A stretch of 64,000 bases of DNA from contig MCFE01000008.1 in NCBI GenBank assembly GCA_002104905.1, positions 186,001 to 250,000 of the forward strand. The letters run 5' to 3'. How positions within the stretch are numbered: the stretch's first letter is position 1; each line of letters begins with the position of its first letter. A program made the translations under genes and the position numbers. Positions 22,437-36,469 of the stretch are shown piece after piece. The DNA is from Basidiobolus meristosporus CBS 931.73. Taxonomy: Eukaryota > Fungi > Basidiobolomycota. The notes beneath the pieces are model-generated. The model was not told the origin of the DNA. It saw nothing but the letters and a program-made list of their open reading frames with translations, and did no database searches.

Positions 22437-24846
22437 TTAAACAGCTTCGCTGATAATAGAGAACGCTCTCTTATAGATTTCGAGCATGGTCTTGCACTTC
22501 TCCCTCTCAGCCACAATATTCTCGTCCTCCTGTAGAAGCTCCTCGAAAGCTTCCTGTTTGTAAAGCTCGGAGACAAGGCGGTTTTGAATGTTTTCGCGGA
22601 TATTGTTGATCAACAGGTGCATCACGGTTTTCGGGACAAGGTCTTGAATGGATTTACGAACAATGTTGAAGTAGGAGGTAATGAGTGATCTGATCAACTG
22701 AGTCTCCATCTCTTCCCTTTCCGAGAGCTGGTTTCCTTCGTCCGAATCCGAACCGGCCGCTGTAGATTTTTCAGAGGCTTGTCGGTTCTTGCTTTCAATC
22801 ACCCTATCAGGCATCACCATATCTTTCACGAAGGTCTTTTGAGATTCCGAGTCCGACTTCTCGTTCTTGTTACCGAAGAAGTAATTCATGAACCTATCGT
22901 CGTTGGCGGCAGCAGCGTCGTCTTGGTCGTCCTGGACGGAGTTGATTACGGCTGGGAGCTGAGAGGGATTGACCTGGGTAACGATTAGTATTAGGGGGAG
23001 GGAACCAGTCGAACGAGTGGCCATAGAACTTACTCGCTTAAGCTTCTCTTGCTCTCTTCTCTTCTTGTGAATCTTCTTCTCCAATGCTGCGATGGCTCCG
23101 CTTCCGCCAATGAAGTCAGGATGGTTGGTATTGATGTAGGCCATTTCGATGCTGATCAAGCTTTCGATGTAATTGGAGGTTGGGCTCAACCTTTCCCGCA
23201 AGAGATCGGAGACAACCTCGATGATCTTGGCATAGAGCTTGGGGTATTTCTTGAGCTCCAAGCTGCTTGAATTGTGGCAGATCTTGATCAGTTCTTCGTA
23301 GGCAAGCTCCACACAGCGCAAACTGGGGGGCTCCAGACGCTTGATTTGGGGTTTAACCAAAAGCTCAAAGGCAATCTCTGGGACAAACAACGAGGGGCGT
23401 GGCCCGGTGGAGTTTCTAATTGCGGTACGAATGTCCTGCAAGGTCAGATTGCCGCCAGGGCTAATGGAGTCTAGGGCATTTCCAAAGATGTTGTTGAAGA
23501 TATAATAGATCCGGGCGCCGCCAGACAACTCTGCGGTGGAGAAATCGGACGAGGTGCCGTCGATCGAAGAGATGAAGCTATTGGCGAACTTGGTGAGTAG
23601 TCGGAGAATGAGAGTGCCCTTGTTCGCTTCCTGTGATAGGGAAACATCGCCGAACGAATTGAGCTCTAGTTGAGTTTGTCCGATGAGCGCATTTAGCTTG
23701 GCCTTCATATCAGGAAGCTTTTCACGGATGTGTTTTACTAAAACATTGTTGAGCGTCTTGCCAAGGTAGCCAGTGCCACATTTATCAGCAATACTCTTGT
23801 AGGCGGGGTGGGATTTGAAGAACTCCGCCTCCCTTTCCAAAGCCTTGGAAATAGGCACATTGGCTACGTTGTCTTGTTGGCTTCTATTCACCACTCCGAT
23901 GAAGCCCAGTTTAAGGTGAATTATGCGGCCAGTTAAGATATCCAGTGCATTGGTTCCGGCATCCATCAGGTCGATCTTGGTAATAACCCCAATGGTTCTC
24001 TTGCCTAGATACAAGATATCAGCACTCAGGTTAACCCACTGCAAACCATATCTCAGTCTTACCGTCAGGATCGACCTCTCTAGCCACCTTTAAGCTCTCC
24101 GAATTGACGATATCGACATTGGCCGGGCTGACAGCAAGAATGATACTACATTGCCATGTCACGCAGGTGAGTATTGATCACAAAAACTGGCTGATAAGCT
24201 AAGTACCTGTTTGGCTTGTTTATGTAGTCGAAGATCAAATGCCTGGTCTGTTTTTCAATATCCGACGGCTGGTCTCCAATAGGAATCTAGTTTACCAAGA
24301 AATCAGTTAGGCTTCCGCGGGCTGAGGCGAAACCTCCTTGCGGGAAACTTACTTTAGTCAAGCCGGGCAAATCGACCAAAGTCAGGTTCAGGACGTCGGG
24401 AGAGTGGATTTTAAGGTGAATAGGTACTCGGGAGATGCCCTTGTTAGCGCCTGCGAGACGAGAGGTTTCTTTCTCAATCTCCGCGCGCACCTCATTCAGA
24501 TCAAAAAACTTCTTGTCTGCAACGTGCAGAAACTCGGCGTATTCTGCAACCTCGGAGCTCTCGTTCTTGGGAACATTCACCAATTGGAGTACGAGAGGGC
24601 GACGAGTCACAATTCCACTTCCTCTGGGGAGGAAGTCTCGACCAACAATGTTTTCAAGAACGGAGGATTTGCCAGAAGATTGCGAGCTGTTATGTGAATA
24701 GAAAGTTACCAAAGGGTTCGCAGGGGATTGACCGGACCAATTTCAACCTACCCAACAACCACAATCTGGGGAAGGTCTATCTGATCGTTCCCGACAGTGT
24801 TGAACACATCTTGAAGTTTGTTTACCAATGGAATGAGGTCGTTCAT
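22437..24846 (-). CDS. DNM1: Dynamin-related GTPase, Dnm1/Drp1 type
   Basis: [32 protein letters not shown]; middle domain [24 protein letters not shown] matches Dnm1 rather than Vps1; GED at the C-terminus. Confidence 0.93.
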
Positions 24847-25238
24847 CGTATTGAAAGGAGGCACTGCTAGTTCTCGTCTGAACCTACTTCGGTAAATAGC
24901 AACCTCACAAATGCAAAACTTCTAAAGGATCCCCAAAAACCTAGTCTAAAAGCAATCTGTGCATTAGATAGATCTGAGTAAAATAACCCCAACAAGTCTA
25001 TCGTTGCCACCTCAGGATCAGAAAATTTTCTGGAAATGGAAGATTTACAAAATTGGAAACTGCCTCTCCTGTTGCTAAATTTGTTGAACTATTTGATAAT
25101 TTGGGTGCTTAATTCTGCATGAGTGTGGATGCGTTTATTATGATAGGGTTAGTCACTGAGATAGCTATTAATAGGTGGGTGATGTTGGATGTTCGTTGTG
25201 GCGGCTGCGAGGAAGGCGGCTAAGCGCAGGAGAGGGTG

Positions 25239-27096
25239 TCAACCATTTAATGGATCGTAGTTTTCCGAGACCAGGCCAAGGCCGAAGGGCTGGGAAACAG
25301 CTGGATGAGGTTGCTCATCGTGCTCTTCGTTCTCAAGACCCTCGCTCTCGAACGCATCATCATCGCTATCCATGTCACTCAAGCCGAAGTTTGCCCCGCT
25401 GTGGATTGGCCTACTCGTTACCGGGACGTTGGTCAGGCTAGGGCTTTTCCGTGCGAAATTCGACTCGGTAAGGTTCCCTCGAAATCCGTCGAGTGTTTTC
25501 TTGAGTAAAGAGAATTTCTCCTTTTCAAAATGTATCTGGATCTCTACAAACTCGTTGAGAGCCTTTCGAAAGTCCTTCGCCTTTTCCCTCTCGAACCTGA
25601 CCAGCTCTTGAGTGAGATTCTTCTGGCACGAGCCAAATACTTTTTTCTCAGCCTCCACGTTTTCTGTTGCCTGGCAGAAAATGCAGATTAGTGCCGAACT
25701 TTTCCCAACGATCGTGTGGCGAGTGATTTACTTTGGTTTCTTCGGCAATTGCTGCTTGGATTTCCGGGGTAGTTTCACTCATTTTAAGCTTGAGTTTCTC
25801 CGTTTTATCCCTTCTCTTGTTCCGCTTTTTTACAAGCCTCACATATTCTGCCAATTTCTCCGTTCGGTTGTTCATCACATGCTACCAAGAGAGTCACAAC
25901 ACGGTTCGACTGCTGTGAGAGGAGAGGAGTGATCACTTACCTTGATAGACTCTAGCATATCCTTATATTCTAAAAATACATCGCCAAAGCGGAATATTTC
26001 GGCCTTGCCCTATTATTGCGAGCATAGTAGCAAAATGAGCGTTTGTGCGGTGATAAGACTCGTGTCAGATCGAAAGACAAACCTGTCGACGATTAATGTA
26101 CTGTAAATCATCAAGCATAATGGCAAATTGCTGCATTTCCGCATCAAATCGTTTGTGCCTTTCTCGATTGTCAATCTTGGTCCCAGGTCCCATTCTATAT
26201 TTGCTGTGTAGTGAGTCGATTGCTATGTCGCCGAACTGGCTAAGAACGTTTCCTAAAGCTAGAATCGCAGGGACACTTGAGTAATTAGCAACGACGAGAG
26301 TTCTTGTATGAGTAAGTAAACACCTTCACGCTGCTCCACGACCGCATTGATCCCCTCTACAACCAGACTAAAATGGTTCTCCAACATTAAAATGTACATT
26401 TGCCGCCTTTGGAATTCTTCCTGTTCATTCTGCAATAAAAGACGGGATTTTAACGTTTACTCCAGATGCTATAGGCAGTAAACAAGACTACTTCTTCAAC
26501 TGCTTCACTAGGTCTAAATATTCTGAATCCCCGCTCGTAATTAGGCTTCATTATTTGGTTCAGGAAACCAAAACCCAGAGTTCCTCGACGGGTGTCTATC
26601 ACATCAAGATGCGTCTGCAAACATAAGTGAAGGTTAGAAATGAGTGCTGGATTGAATTCTGGAGTGCAAAAAAGTTGAAGAAATCACCATCTCGTTTGAA
26701 AGGAAATACTGCATATCAGGATGGTCTACAATCTCCGGGCGTGACGCTAATTTACACAAGAAACGCTCTACTTGCAGCCTTTTGTTTTCCACATGATCGA
26801 GGTCGTTTATCAACGCTTGATTAGGAGCATCTGGTAGGGGAGGGAGAATCATATTTGGAAAAGCTGTGCACAGCTTTGAGTGAAGCCACTGTATTTGTTG
26901 GAAATTCCTAAAAACGGTGTTTGTCGAAGTCGGTTCGTCGTCAATTGTTTCCTAGAACACGGTTAATCTCGACCCCAACTGAGACAACAATCATGCCAGC
27001 AAACAAGCCAAGTCGTACCTGATAGGATACCGCTATCTTGAAGGTGATGATTCCTGAAGCAGAAGCTGCCTCGGGAATGGTTACTGATAAATGCAT
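25239..27096 (-). CDS. PX-BAR sorting nexin (subfamily unassigned)
   Basis: PX: VFRNFQQIQWLHSKLCTAFPNMILPPLP..RLQVERFLCKLASRPEIVDHPDMQYFLS; helical BAR ending ELVRFEREKAKDFRKALNEFVEIQI; acidic tail. Confidence 0.8.
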
Positions 27097-27782
27097 TGTT
27101 TGGCTGTATGCTGTTTGCACTGAACTTCACTTTAAAGCTTGAGAGTCATAAACACAGGGCAGCCACAAACTCGACACTTTGAATTGTTGAAATCCAGGGA
27201 TTATCTTTGAGAGTTGATAAGGCCACTATGCTCTAGTCGCTTTTAGAAAAAGCCCAAAAGCTCAAATGCCCAGTCAGGTCGAAAATGCCAGATGTTCACC
27301 CCGATATTAGGACTGGGCATGTTTTCTACGTGACCAGATCAACCAGAATTCAACTTCATGCTATCTAATACATCATACTGGATTCAAACATTTGAGAACT
27401 AGCAATTCCACTTCATGCCATCAGAATCGTAATATGGTGGCACCTCTGTTTTTGGTAACTATGCTGTCTCTGAAATATCGACCAATCGCCTCGGATTTTG
27501 TAATAATATAGGAATATGCTGGTCAATCAAGGGAATCACGTATCCAACGTTCACTGGTTATCAAGTTCACATTTGGTTTTCTTTGATTACACTAGCGAGT
27601 GTTCGAAGAGTGGCCAAAGCAAGTTAGGTCAGTTGGTCTTGTTCAAAGCACGAAGCGTTTCCTGCCAAAACAGATTCTCTTTGCCGGGATTCCTGTTTCT
27701 ACCTGATACCGCTACTCACTCACTTTTCAGAAGTCTTTAGATACTACTGGGGCTCAAGTATTAGCTCAGTCCAAAAGCAACG

Positions 27783-29981
27783 ATGTTTGGCCTATCTACC
27801 AAATCCGAGGCCTCTCTGTTGAAGGTCATCATTTTATCCCTTATCGCGGTTGTGGCTATATCCTCCCGCCTTTTCTCAGTTATTCGATTTGAATCGGTCA
27901 TTCATGAGTTTGATCCTTGGTTCAACTACCGCACCACTCAACATCTCGTTAAAAATGGCTTTTACGAGTTTTTGAACTGGTTCGATGAGCGCTCTTGGTA
28001 TCCACTGGGGAGAGTTGTGGGTGGTACCGTTTACCCAGGGATCATGCTTACCGCCGGGATCATATACAAAGTATTGCACTTCTTCAACTTCACCGTAGAC
28101 ATCCGAAATGTCTGTGTCTTCCTCGCCCCCGTGTTCTCCGCTCTGACCTCTTACTCCGTCTACCTCTTGACCAAAGAAATCAAAGACTCCTCAGCCGGAC
28201 TTTTGGCCGCCGCCTTCATCGCAGTTGCCCCCGGATATATTTCTCGTTCAGTAGCTGGTTCCTATGACAACGAAGGCATCGCCATTTTCCTGTTGATGTT
28301 CACATATTACTTGTGGTTGAAATCCGTCAAGCTGGGCTCCGCTCTGTACGGAGTGCTGACTGCCTTGTTCTACTTCTATATGGTGTCAGCCTGGGGTGGA
28401 TATGTTTTCATCATCAATTTGATTCCTCTCCACGCCTTTTGCTTGATCTTGATGGGTAGATTCTCGTCCCGCTTGTACGTCGCCTACTCGACATTCTACA
28501 CCATTGGTACGTTGGCATCCATGCAGGTTCCTTTTGTCGGTTTCCAACCTACCAGAACAAGCGAGCACATGGCTGCCTTTGGCGTGTTTGGCCTTGTCCA
28601 GATTGTTGCCTTTGTGAGCTTCGTCAAGAGCCAATTGCCAACCAAGCAATTCCAAACCCTTCTTACTTTCTCGGTGATTGGCCTCTCCATTATTGGATTT
28701 GCTGCCATTGTGGGGTTGACGATGGCCGGTTACATCGCTCCATGGACCGGTCGTTTCTATTCCCTTTGGGATACCGGGTACGCCAAGAAGTACATCCCTA
28801 TCATTGCTTCCGTGTCGGAACATCAACCTACCCCATGGCCCTCGTTCTTCTTCGACCTCCAAATGCTTGTGGTCTTCTTCCCCGCCGGAATCTATTTGTG
28901 TTTCAAGGAGTTGAAGGATGAGCACGTGTTTGTTATCCTGTACAGTATCACTGCCTCCTATTTCGCTGGGGTCATGGTCCGTCTGATGCTTACACTCACG
29001 CCTATTGTTTGCGTCACCGCTGGTGTTGCCATTTCAAAGCTTTTGGATACATACCTCAAGGAGACGACAGACGCCACTGTTGAAGTTCCCTCCAGCACCA
29101 AAACATCCACCAGCAAAGCCGATAGCAAACCAGAGACGAAGAGCGCAGAGATTCCAGTGGGCATCAAGAGTTTCGGACCCAAGCTTGTGGTGACCGCCGT
29201 ATTGTTCATATTCCTTGGCCTCTTCATGATCCATTGTACTTGGGTTACATCCAATGCCTACTCCTCGCCCTCTATCGTACTGGCCTCCCGTCAAGCGGAT
29301 GGATCCCAGTATATCATCGATGATTTCAGAGAGGCATACTACTGGCTTCGTAAAAACACCGACGACGACGCCAAGATCCTGTGTTGGTGGGACTACGGCT
29401 ACCAGATCGCTGGTATGGCCAACCGCACTGTTCTAGTCGATAACAACACCTGGAACAACACACATATTGCGACTGTCGGTAAGGCGTTGGCATCTTCGGA
29501 AGATGATGCTTATGAAATCATGCGTCGTCATGATGTCTCCCATGTGCTCGTCATCTTTGGCGGTGTCATTGGGTACTCTGGCGACGATATCAACAAATTC
29601 CTGTGGATGATCCGTATCGCTGAGGGAGTCTACCAAGACGGAGTCAAGGAAGAAGATTTCTTCTCCCATGGTGACTACCGTGTTGACGCCGGCGCCACCC
29701 CCGCCATGAAGAACTCGTTGATGTACAAGTTGTCGTACTATCGTTTCGCAGAGCTCTTCGGCGGGCAAGCGTACGATCGCGTCCGTAACGCACAGATTCC
29801 AAATGTACCCATCAAACTCCACACCATGGACGAGGCGTTCACCTCGGAAAATTGGATTGTTCGTATCTACAAGGTCAAGGATATCGACAACCTCGGAAGA
29901 TCCCTCAGCGACGCTGCAGCCTTCGACTCTGGCAAGATGACCAAGAAATCACTCAGAAAGCCACTTAGCAGTCGTTACTAG
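27783..29981 (+). CDS. STT3: Oligosaccharyltransferase catalytic subunit STT3, intronless, 732 aa
   Basis: [51 protein letters not shown] motifs in one ORF. Confidence 0.98.
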   Translation: MFGLSTKSEASLLKVIILSLIAVVAISSRLFSVIRFESVIHEFDPWFNYRTTQHLVKNGFYEFLNWFDERSWYPLGRVVGGTVYPGIMLTAGIIYKVLHFFNFTVDIRNVCVFLAPVFSALTSYSVYLLTKEIKDSSAGLLAAAFIAVAPGYISRSVAGSYDNEGIAIFLLMFTYYLWLKSVKLGSALYGVLTALFYFYMVSAWGGYVFIINLIPLHAFCLILMGRFSSRLYVAYSTFYTIGTLASMQVPFVGFQPTRTSEHMAAFGVFGLVQIVAFVSFVKSQLPTKQFQTLLTFSVIGLSIIGFAAIVGLTMAGYIAPWTGRFYSLWDTGYAKKYIPIIASVSEHQPTPWPSFFFDLQMLVVFFPAGIYLCFKELKDEHVFVILYSITASYFAGVMVRLMLTLTPIVCVTAGVAISKLLDTYLKETTDATVEVPSSTKTSTSKADSKPETKSAEIPVGIKSFGPKLVVTAVLFIFLGLFMIHCTWVTSNAYSSPSIVLASRQADGSQYIIDDFREAYYWLRKNTDDDAKILCWWDYGYQIAGMANRTVLVDNNTWNNTHIATVGKALASSEDDAYEIMRRHDVSHVLVIFGGVIGYSGDDINKFLWMIRIAEGVYQDGVKEEDFFSHGDYRVDAGATPAMKNSLMYKLSYYRFAELFGGQAYDRVRNAQIPNVPIKLHTMDEAFTSENWIVRIYKVKDIDNLGRSLSDAAAFDSGKMTKKSLRKPLSSRY

Positions 29982-30261
29982 CCAACTTGCATTGGATCCC
30001 TAGTCCTAACCGTTTTCCTTTTTCACTCCTGGAGAAAAGTAGTCGATCTCAATATTCGAGAGAATCATTTTTTCAATTCAATAAATTACCGTCAATACGA
30101 ATGGTGGCCATGATGTATCGATTGTTCTGGTTCATTAACGTGGTCACACCTAGGTTCGACTATTAATCATTTTTAGGGCCACTTGTGTCGTATCTACTTT
30201 TCCTTCCACCAGATTTTCTACTTTCGGCCTGAACCATAAGCTAGCTCTTGTGGAGAATAAG

Positions 30262-32493
30262 ATGAGTGAACCTTATGAAGACGGCGAGATAGTAACATAT
30301 GAAGATACGCCATTTGCCGAGTATTTAGCTTGTAATTACTTCAAATATTTGTGTGCAGTCTCAGTTAAGAAAGTGGCTAAAAAGGGGTTTCTCTTTCGCT
30401 TTATGAATTACAGCCATCGAATGTAAAGAAGAGGTGGTTCGCGTGACAGATTTGCCTGATAAACAAGCATATTTAAGCGAGCTGATGGAATTGACCAGCT
30501 CGTGGTTGGTTCAAAAATGGAGTGATTTTGCTGTCAGTCAACCTTCTTTCAACTCAAGAGTATAGGTCCAAATACTTAACATTTGTGCATCTTCTGAGTA
30601 GGAATTCACCTCGGTTTCGTTGACGCCTGATCAATTCGCTCGTTTTGACGAGGAATTAAGCCACTTGGTCAAAGCCTCATACCTTCTTGCTGATTCTCCA
30701 TTGATCCACTACTACCCTTTACAAAAAAACGCTCGAGATAGTGTTCAAGGTCCAACTTCACAAACGAAGTCTAAGATGGCAGGAATCTCCGTGCTCTCCA
30801 TAGTTGGAACTTCGTTACTGGTACCGAAAACTCGTTCCTGGTTGAACCTAATACTTCGTGAGAAGTTTCACATCTGGAGTAAGCCCAGTAGAAAATCACC
30901 TTGGTTATGGCTCGGCCTAGTCTCTGGGTCGTTAACAGGTGTTGGGGTAACATCAGTTTTGCTCAAACGACAGGTATGTTTACACAGATTGATCAAGCCG
31001 TAAAGATTTCTGGACGAACCCTCCTCAACAGGCCACGAAGCGAGTGCTTGCAACCCAGAAGGAGATCCTTGAGGTGTTGGAGCGATTAATCTTCGCCAGC
31101 CAAAGCATCGATATTCGTATTCACAAGTCAATGAAAATGGTTCAGGAGATTGAATTAGTCTCTAGAGGCTATAGACTGTATCCTTTTCGTATCTTCAGCG
31201 TGCTATCAAGAGAAAATCAATAGGTCATCCTTAACTGAGGGCCAAGCTCAACCATCCTGCCACCAATATCGCGTATTGAGCAGAACTCCTCGACGCATCG
31301 GTGTTTAAATTTCCGACGTGCGCTCAATGAGATCATCAAGGATGGAGTCGAAGTGTATCGAATGTTCACGAGCCTTGTTCTAAAGAACACCAAGTCACCG
31401 GTGTACGAGCTGGCAAATAACTCCAATGCGGCCTTGGAGACTGATGAGCTAACACTCAGCTCCATCAAGCGGAGGTTTCAAATGTTCCACGAGATGCGAC
31501 GCTTCGCTTTCATCGAGCTTCTCAAGGTAGAGAATCACCTGCATCCATACGCATTTGTCGCCACATGGAAACCGCTGGTCAATGAACTGGAACACCTGAT
31601 TGAGACAACCAATCAGTTGACGCTGAGGTTGACGAACGCGCAAAATTTGGAGTTCAAAGTAGAGAATATTCCGATGATGGAGCCCACGCATACCAGCTCG
31701 AAAGGCACCTCCACACAGAGTAAGGGGTTACTTCAGGGCTTAGCATTGCTGGAGCAGAATATACGAGCGATTCAGGCAAAATTATATATTTGCAGTCAAG
31801 ATATCCGGGATTCCGGTGAAGGTAATGCAATGAGGGTCAAGTGTCCTTGTGTCTTACTGACCAATGACTTAGAGCTCAACAAGGATACTCTGGTGAAACA
31901 GTACCTCGCTGTCAAGCAAGACTTGAGTAATCTTACATATGAGTGGGAGCAGAGTTACGATAGGCTCATGAGAACCTTCGAGCCCCCAGCTTCAGGTAAG
32001 CCTTCATCACACCGGTTGAAAGCGCACTTGACTAAAGGCCACCAGACTCTAAGCCAACGCAGGTTATTACCCATCCTCTGCCCCAAGAGCCACCCGAAAG
32101 TTCCAGAATAATTGTGTGGGATTCTCCATCGGAAGAGCTTGAGGTGACCGAGAGGGTATTTGAGGCGGTGTCCGGGACCGCTGAGGATGCGAAATCAGTA
32201 GAAAAGGTAGGATGGTGTTTCTGGTGATGCAGATATGGGTATTAACAAGGTGCATTGCAGAAATTAACTCGTGCTGAGCGGATCCAGATACAAAAGGCGC
32301 GTAGAGAGGACGAGGTAAGATCAGTATCCACTTCGGTTCCACTTGTATGTGCTAACTTCAAATTCGACAGAAACAACTCAAAATGAAGCAGCGTGAGGTC
32401 TCCATGATGGTGGACGAATTAAAAGATGTCGTCAAAAGGCGTAAGCATGACAAAGGCCTAGACACCGCAGCGACTCCCACCAACACAGATTAG
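30262..32493 (+). CDS. Vezatin-like / myosin-binding-domain membrane protein (VezA-like)
   Basis: YEDTPFAEYL N-terminus, two hydrophobic segments, VQEIELVSRGYRLSTILPPISRIE, KLTRAERI, SMMVDELKDVV; motifs recalled from the fungal vezatin family, not database-verified. Confidence 0.7.
31178..31246 (+). other. U12-type GT-AG intron in the vezatin-like gene
   Basis: Donor GTATCCTTT; branch TCCTTAAC at 31228-31235, about 12 nt from the AAG acceptor; removal gives GYRL/STILPPISRIE. Confidence 0.88.
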
Positions 32494-32614
32494 CATTTTT
32501 GACAAGTGCCGTTCGTGGTCCTGAGAGTGACTGGCAACAAGAATAAATTGTACATTACAACTTCCATTAGAAAGTTCCAAAAGAGTGGAATGCCGTCTTT
32601 GATAGATGTTTATT

Positions 32615-33397
32615 TCAGATTTGAATCGACTTCAAGTAGCTCATGCGGTATGGGTTATCTTCGGCTGGACGGTTGATAGCAGTCCATTTTGGCTCCTCTT
32701 GGAACAAGCGCATGGCAACGATGAAATCCTTGGTGTCGGAGCAGAAGCGGTGATATATGCCGGCAGGCTAAGTTTGGAGGCAATTAGCTCTGGGTGGTAC
32801 CATTCCCGATTTTTAAGCTTGTGAAACAACATACCAAAACAATCATATCTCCAGCCTCCATTGCAATACGAATCCACTTGTCACTGGTGTCTACACCACG
32901 TTTAGTATCATTCTGTCGACTTTATACAAGGTAGTGATGCTTACCTCTGATATCAAAATACCCCGAGCCTTCGAGAATATAGCGAATCTCTTCATCCTCA
33001 TGAAGATGTCTGAGAAGAGTTACAAATATTAAACAAAGTCTGGTGACTGTCGCAGAAAGGAATCCACTCTTACTCTTCAAAGAACATCTTGATCTTCTCC
33101 TCATAATTTGGCAACTTGTCAGGAGAAATGGTTACCTTGAATTTGTAAGCCATTTGTGTTAGTTTCCCAAAGCAACCTCAAATCAACAATAAATATACTA
33201 CTTACCACGTCCCGATTCTTGTACTGTCTCTCTTCAGCAATCTTTTCAAGCTGTTGGCGACCTTCCTCTCCTGCTAGGCGCCAGTATAACACACCAGCTT
33301 CCTTGAGTGTTTCAAGAGATACAGGCTGGTTGGGATTGAGCTGGTGAGCTTCACGAGGATCTGCTTGGGAATTAGTGTCGTAGTAGTAGGCGTGCAT
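32615..33397 (-). CDS. ADI1: Acireductone dioxygenase (methionine salvage)
   Basis: [70 protein letters not shown]; metal ligands H-x-H, E and H intact. Confidence 0.95.
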
Positions 33398-33725
33398 TAT
33401 TAGTGAGAAAGGCCGCTCAAAGAATTGGGAATATCAACCACCCATATATCCAGCACTGACAGAATCGAAATTTTCTTCAACTGCAACGAAGTAATAAATT
33501 TATTCCGTGGATCGGTTTAATGGTTGTCTCTGTATTTGGGAAATGGCTTCGTGTAGATGATTGGCAGGCAACATCGCGTGCTTCGGAACTGATCGAATGT
33601 TGGTTTATTTGGTTAGTGAATGAGTAGTGATTGTGAAGCGGTCTCGTTGGCAGTAGCCATAACGGTCTGAAACAGAAGGTCAGTGTGATGCAGTAACAAA
33701 AATGGGTTCTATCTCATCCTGGCGT

Positions 33726-35415
33726 CTATTTGGGAAGTCTCTTGAGGGTGTGTAGCAGATAAAGTGAGCTAGTAAGCAAAGCTAGAGAGCCGCCCTGATG
33801 AGCTGCACCCAATGAGACTGGAACAACATATAGCAGGGTGGTGATGCCCAGAGTAACTTGCACAAGAGCTACACCCAAGACAGCATTGACAGCAGTCTTG
33901 ACATGTTTAGGAAGAGGAAGTCTCTTCGAGTAGTAATACAAGGCAGTGACAGCAGCAAGCGATGTTGTAGCCTAGCGGAAATCATATGAGCGCATGAACT
34001 AAGAAATTGGCATGTTATTACTAACCAAGACGCGATGTTCGAACTGAACCGTGACTGGGTTGTCAAACATGTTACGCCATTTGCAAGAGTCACCTGGGCG
34101 AGCAAAATTCTCGGACCAAATCTCGCTGCTTTCGGGCATTAGTCTACCTCCCATCAATGGGAACTCGTTGTAGAGCATTCCAGCGTCTAGACCAGCGACG
34201 AATCCACCTAGGTGACGTTGGTTAGTTGAAGAAAATTATTTACGCTGGGATTCGTAGACTTACCAGAGAAACTAGTCAGCAAGATGAGACCACAAAGTCC
34301 GAGAGCCGAGCGGCGCAAGAAGTTAAGTCTAGGATTATTGATACCAGCCAAGAGATGCTGTGCGCACATGTCAACTCTGCGGTCTACCGGATATGGTGAG
34401 GTGATACAACTTACCTGATTGCCTCCCTTTGCTAGTTTGGCATTACGAAGAATATCCCATCCAGTCAACAAGCAACCAACATAGAGGAAGAAGGCACTCG
34501 CTAAATGGGCTGTCAATCTGTATTGACTCACACGAGGGACTCCCTTGTTTTCAACAAGCTCATGAGCAAGTCCCGATTTTACCATATACCAACCAAGTGC
34601 TCCCTAAAATTTAGATGAATAACAATCCACCGGATAAAATAAATCACGATTGACGCACCTGGAAACCAAGCAGACCGCCCAATGCCAAAACACGTTTGGT
34701 TACGGCTCTCGACATATGTCCTTTGTAGGCGAAATAGGCGGTGGGAATGATGAAGGCAGCGCCGATAGCGCGTCCCCATAGTCTATGTGCCCACTCAAAG
34801 AAGAAAATGAACTTGAACTCATCCAGAGTCATGCCCTTCTCCTTGTTTAACCTGTATAGACGCGAAACAGTTAATCACCGCTACGGAAACCCTGAAATGA
34901 GTCACTTCCTACATTTTGTATTCGGGGAATTGTTTGTACTTCTCAAACTCCTCTTCCCACTCTGCTTGAGTGATAGGGGGACGAACACCGGTAACCAGAT
35001 TCCATTCCACAATGGAGAGACCACTCTCAGTCAGTCTGGTAACACCACCAATAACCACAATGGCAAAGACCATGGCACCAATACCAATTAACCAGTAGCC
35101 AACAGCAGGGTGTGTACACACATCGGCCACTACTTTCGAGCTAGCGGGTGCTTTAGCGGCGACTGTGGCCATACTCTTGAAAAAAGAGCATTTAGGAGCA
35201 CCAATAGCGGCCTTGGGAAGGCGAAGGGTGCGGGTGGCAGAGGCAAACGTTTGACGGAATATGTTGCGGTGTTGTGTGGTGAAACTTCTGCTCAAAACGC
35301 TAGGTCCCCAAGGCTTCGACGCGAGCCCGGGATTTACGTTTCGTGATAAAACGCTAAGTCTCAAAGAGGCTCTTGGGAACAAACGAGCCGTGCCTAAACA
35401 TCTGAGTGCATTCAT
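33726..35415 (-). CDS. COX15: Heme A synthase
   Basis: Presequence; VIGGVTRLTESGLSIVEW, FKFIFFFEWAHRLWGR, VSQYRLTAHL, GFVAGLDAG, VQFEHR, LGAAHQ. Confidence 0.96.
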
Positions 35416-36469
35416 TCTCTGTGAAAATCTGATGAATCACTGCTCACCGAACAGTGCAAGTACACAAATTATTTTCAGCAAGGCAGAGAATCGTCGCTTT
35501 ATAAACATCTCCCCGTGGAAACCGCCTCTCTTGACGAAACGGGATCGCATTATGGTTAGCGCAATGCTTTTGGGCCCCAAAAATCCAATCCCAATTACCA
35601 ACACCTTTATAGCCTTATTCAGTAAAGATTGTACCAGCTTTTGTCGAACTTTCCTTCCTTGAAATAAGCCACATGTTCTAGATCCGCAGACTCGAAGAGG
35701 TTGAAATCGCAGATGGATTCAATTTCTCACGTTGCGTATTGTATTGATTGTGAGCTTCGGCTCCTTGACCTTTTGACAGCTTTGAATGGTCTCCGAATAT
35801 GGGAAGGATGCCCTCTCTATCCGATCGGCGTAGATGCATCATGGTTCCTCTATGGCGGCCTTGGTGCCGTTCTCGAACCCATGTATCTCACCTAGACCAT
35901 GGATTGTGTTGGACCCCAGACTCCCCCGTTCTTATCAATATCGGTCTAGAGCCCACGTCCTCGACTGGCCGAAATGGATCCGGCCAACTCAAAGTCGCAA
36001 CTGCTGCCAGGCCAACCTTAATTCTTGCCGTACACCAAGCTGGTTATTCAGGGGAATCATGAGAAAAGATGAGCATTTAGCCGACAATGTGGGTATTTCT
36101 GTTGGAAATTTCGGGGTTTATTGAAAGCCTTGGGGAGATCACTGATTAGAAAATTCTATCCTTGGAGCACACATCAAAATCAGATCCCACACCTTGCGTA
36201 CGGGCACTTGGTTTGGACTAAGCAGATGTACCAAGGGGAATGAGAAATGAACAGTTCCAGCCAATGATTCAAAGTATGGTCTGGTAGATTCCGGCACATA
36301 TACAATCAGCGCAGTCAATACTACTTAATGCTCATATGTAATATCAACGCACAACCACAACGACAAAAAAGTGGCTTTGGCTGGAGCGTATATCAATTGC
36401 TGTACATGAATGGATGAATGGATGTTTAGTGTTACGGATGTCTACTGCCTCTAACCACACATTTTATAT

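Noticed and set aside
30153-30161. tRNA T-loop-like GGTTCGACT
   Set aside because: No acceptor, D or anticodon stems could be formed around it.
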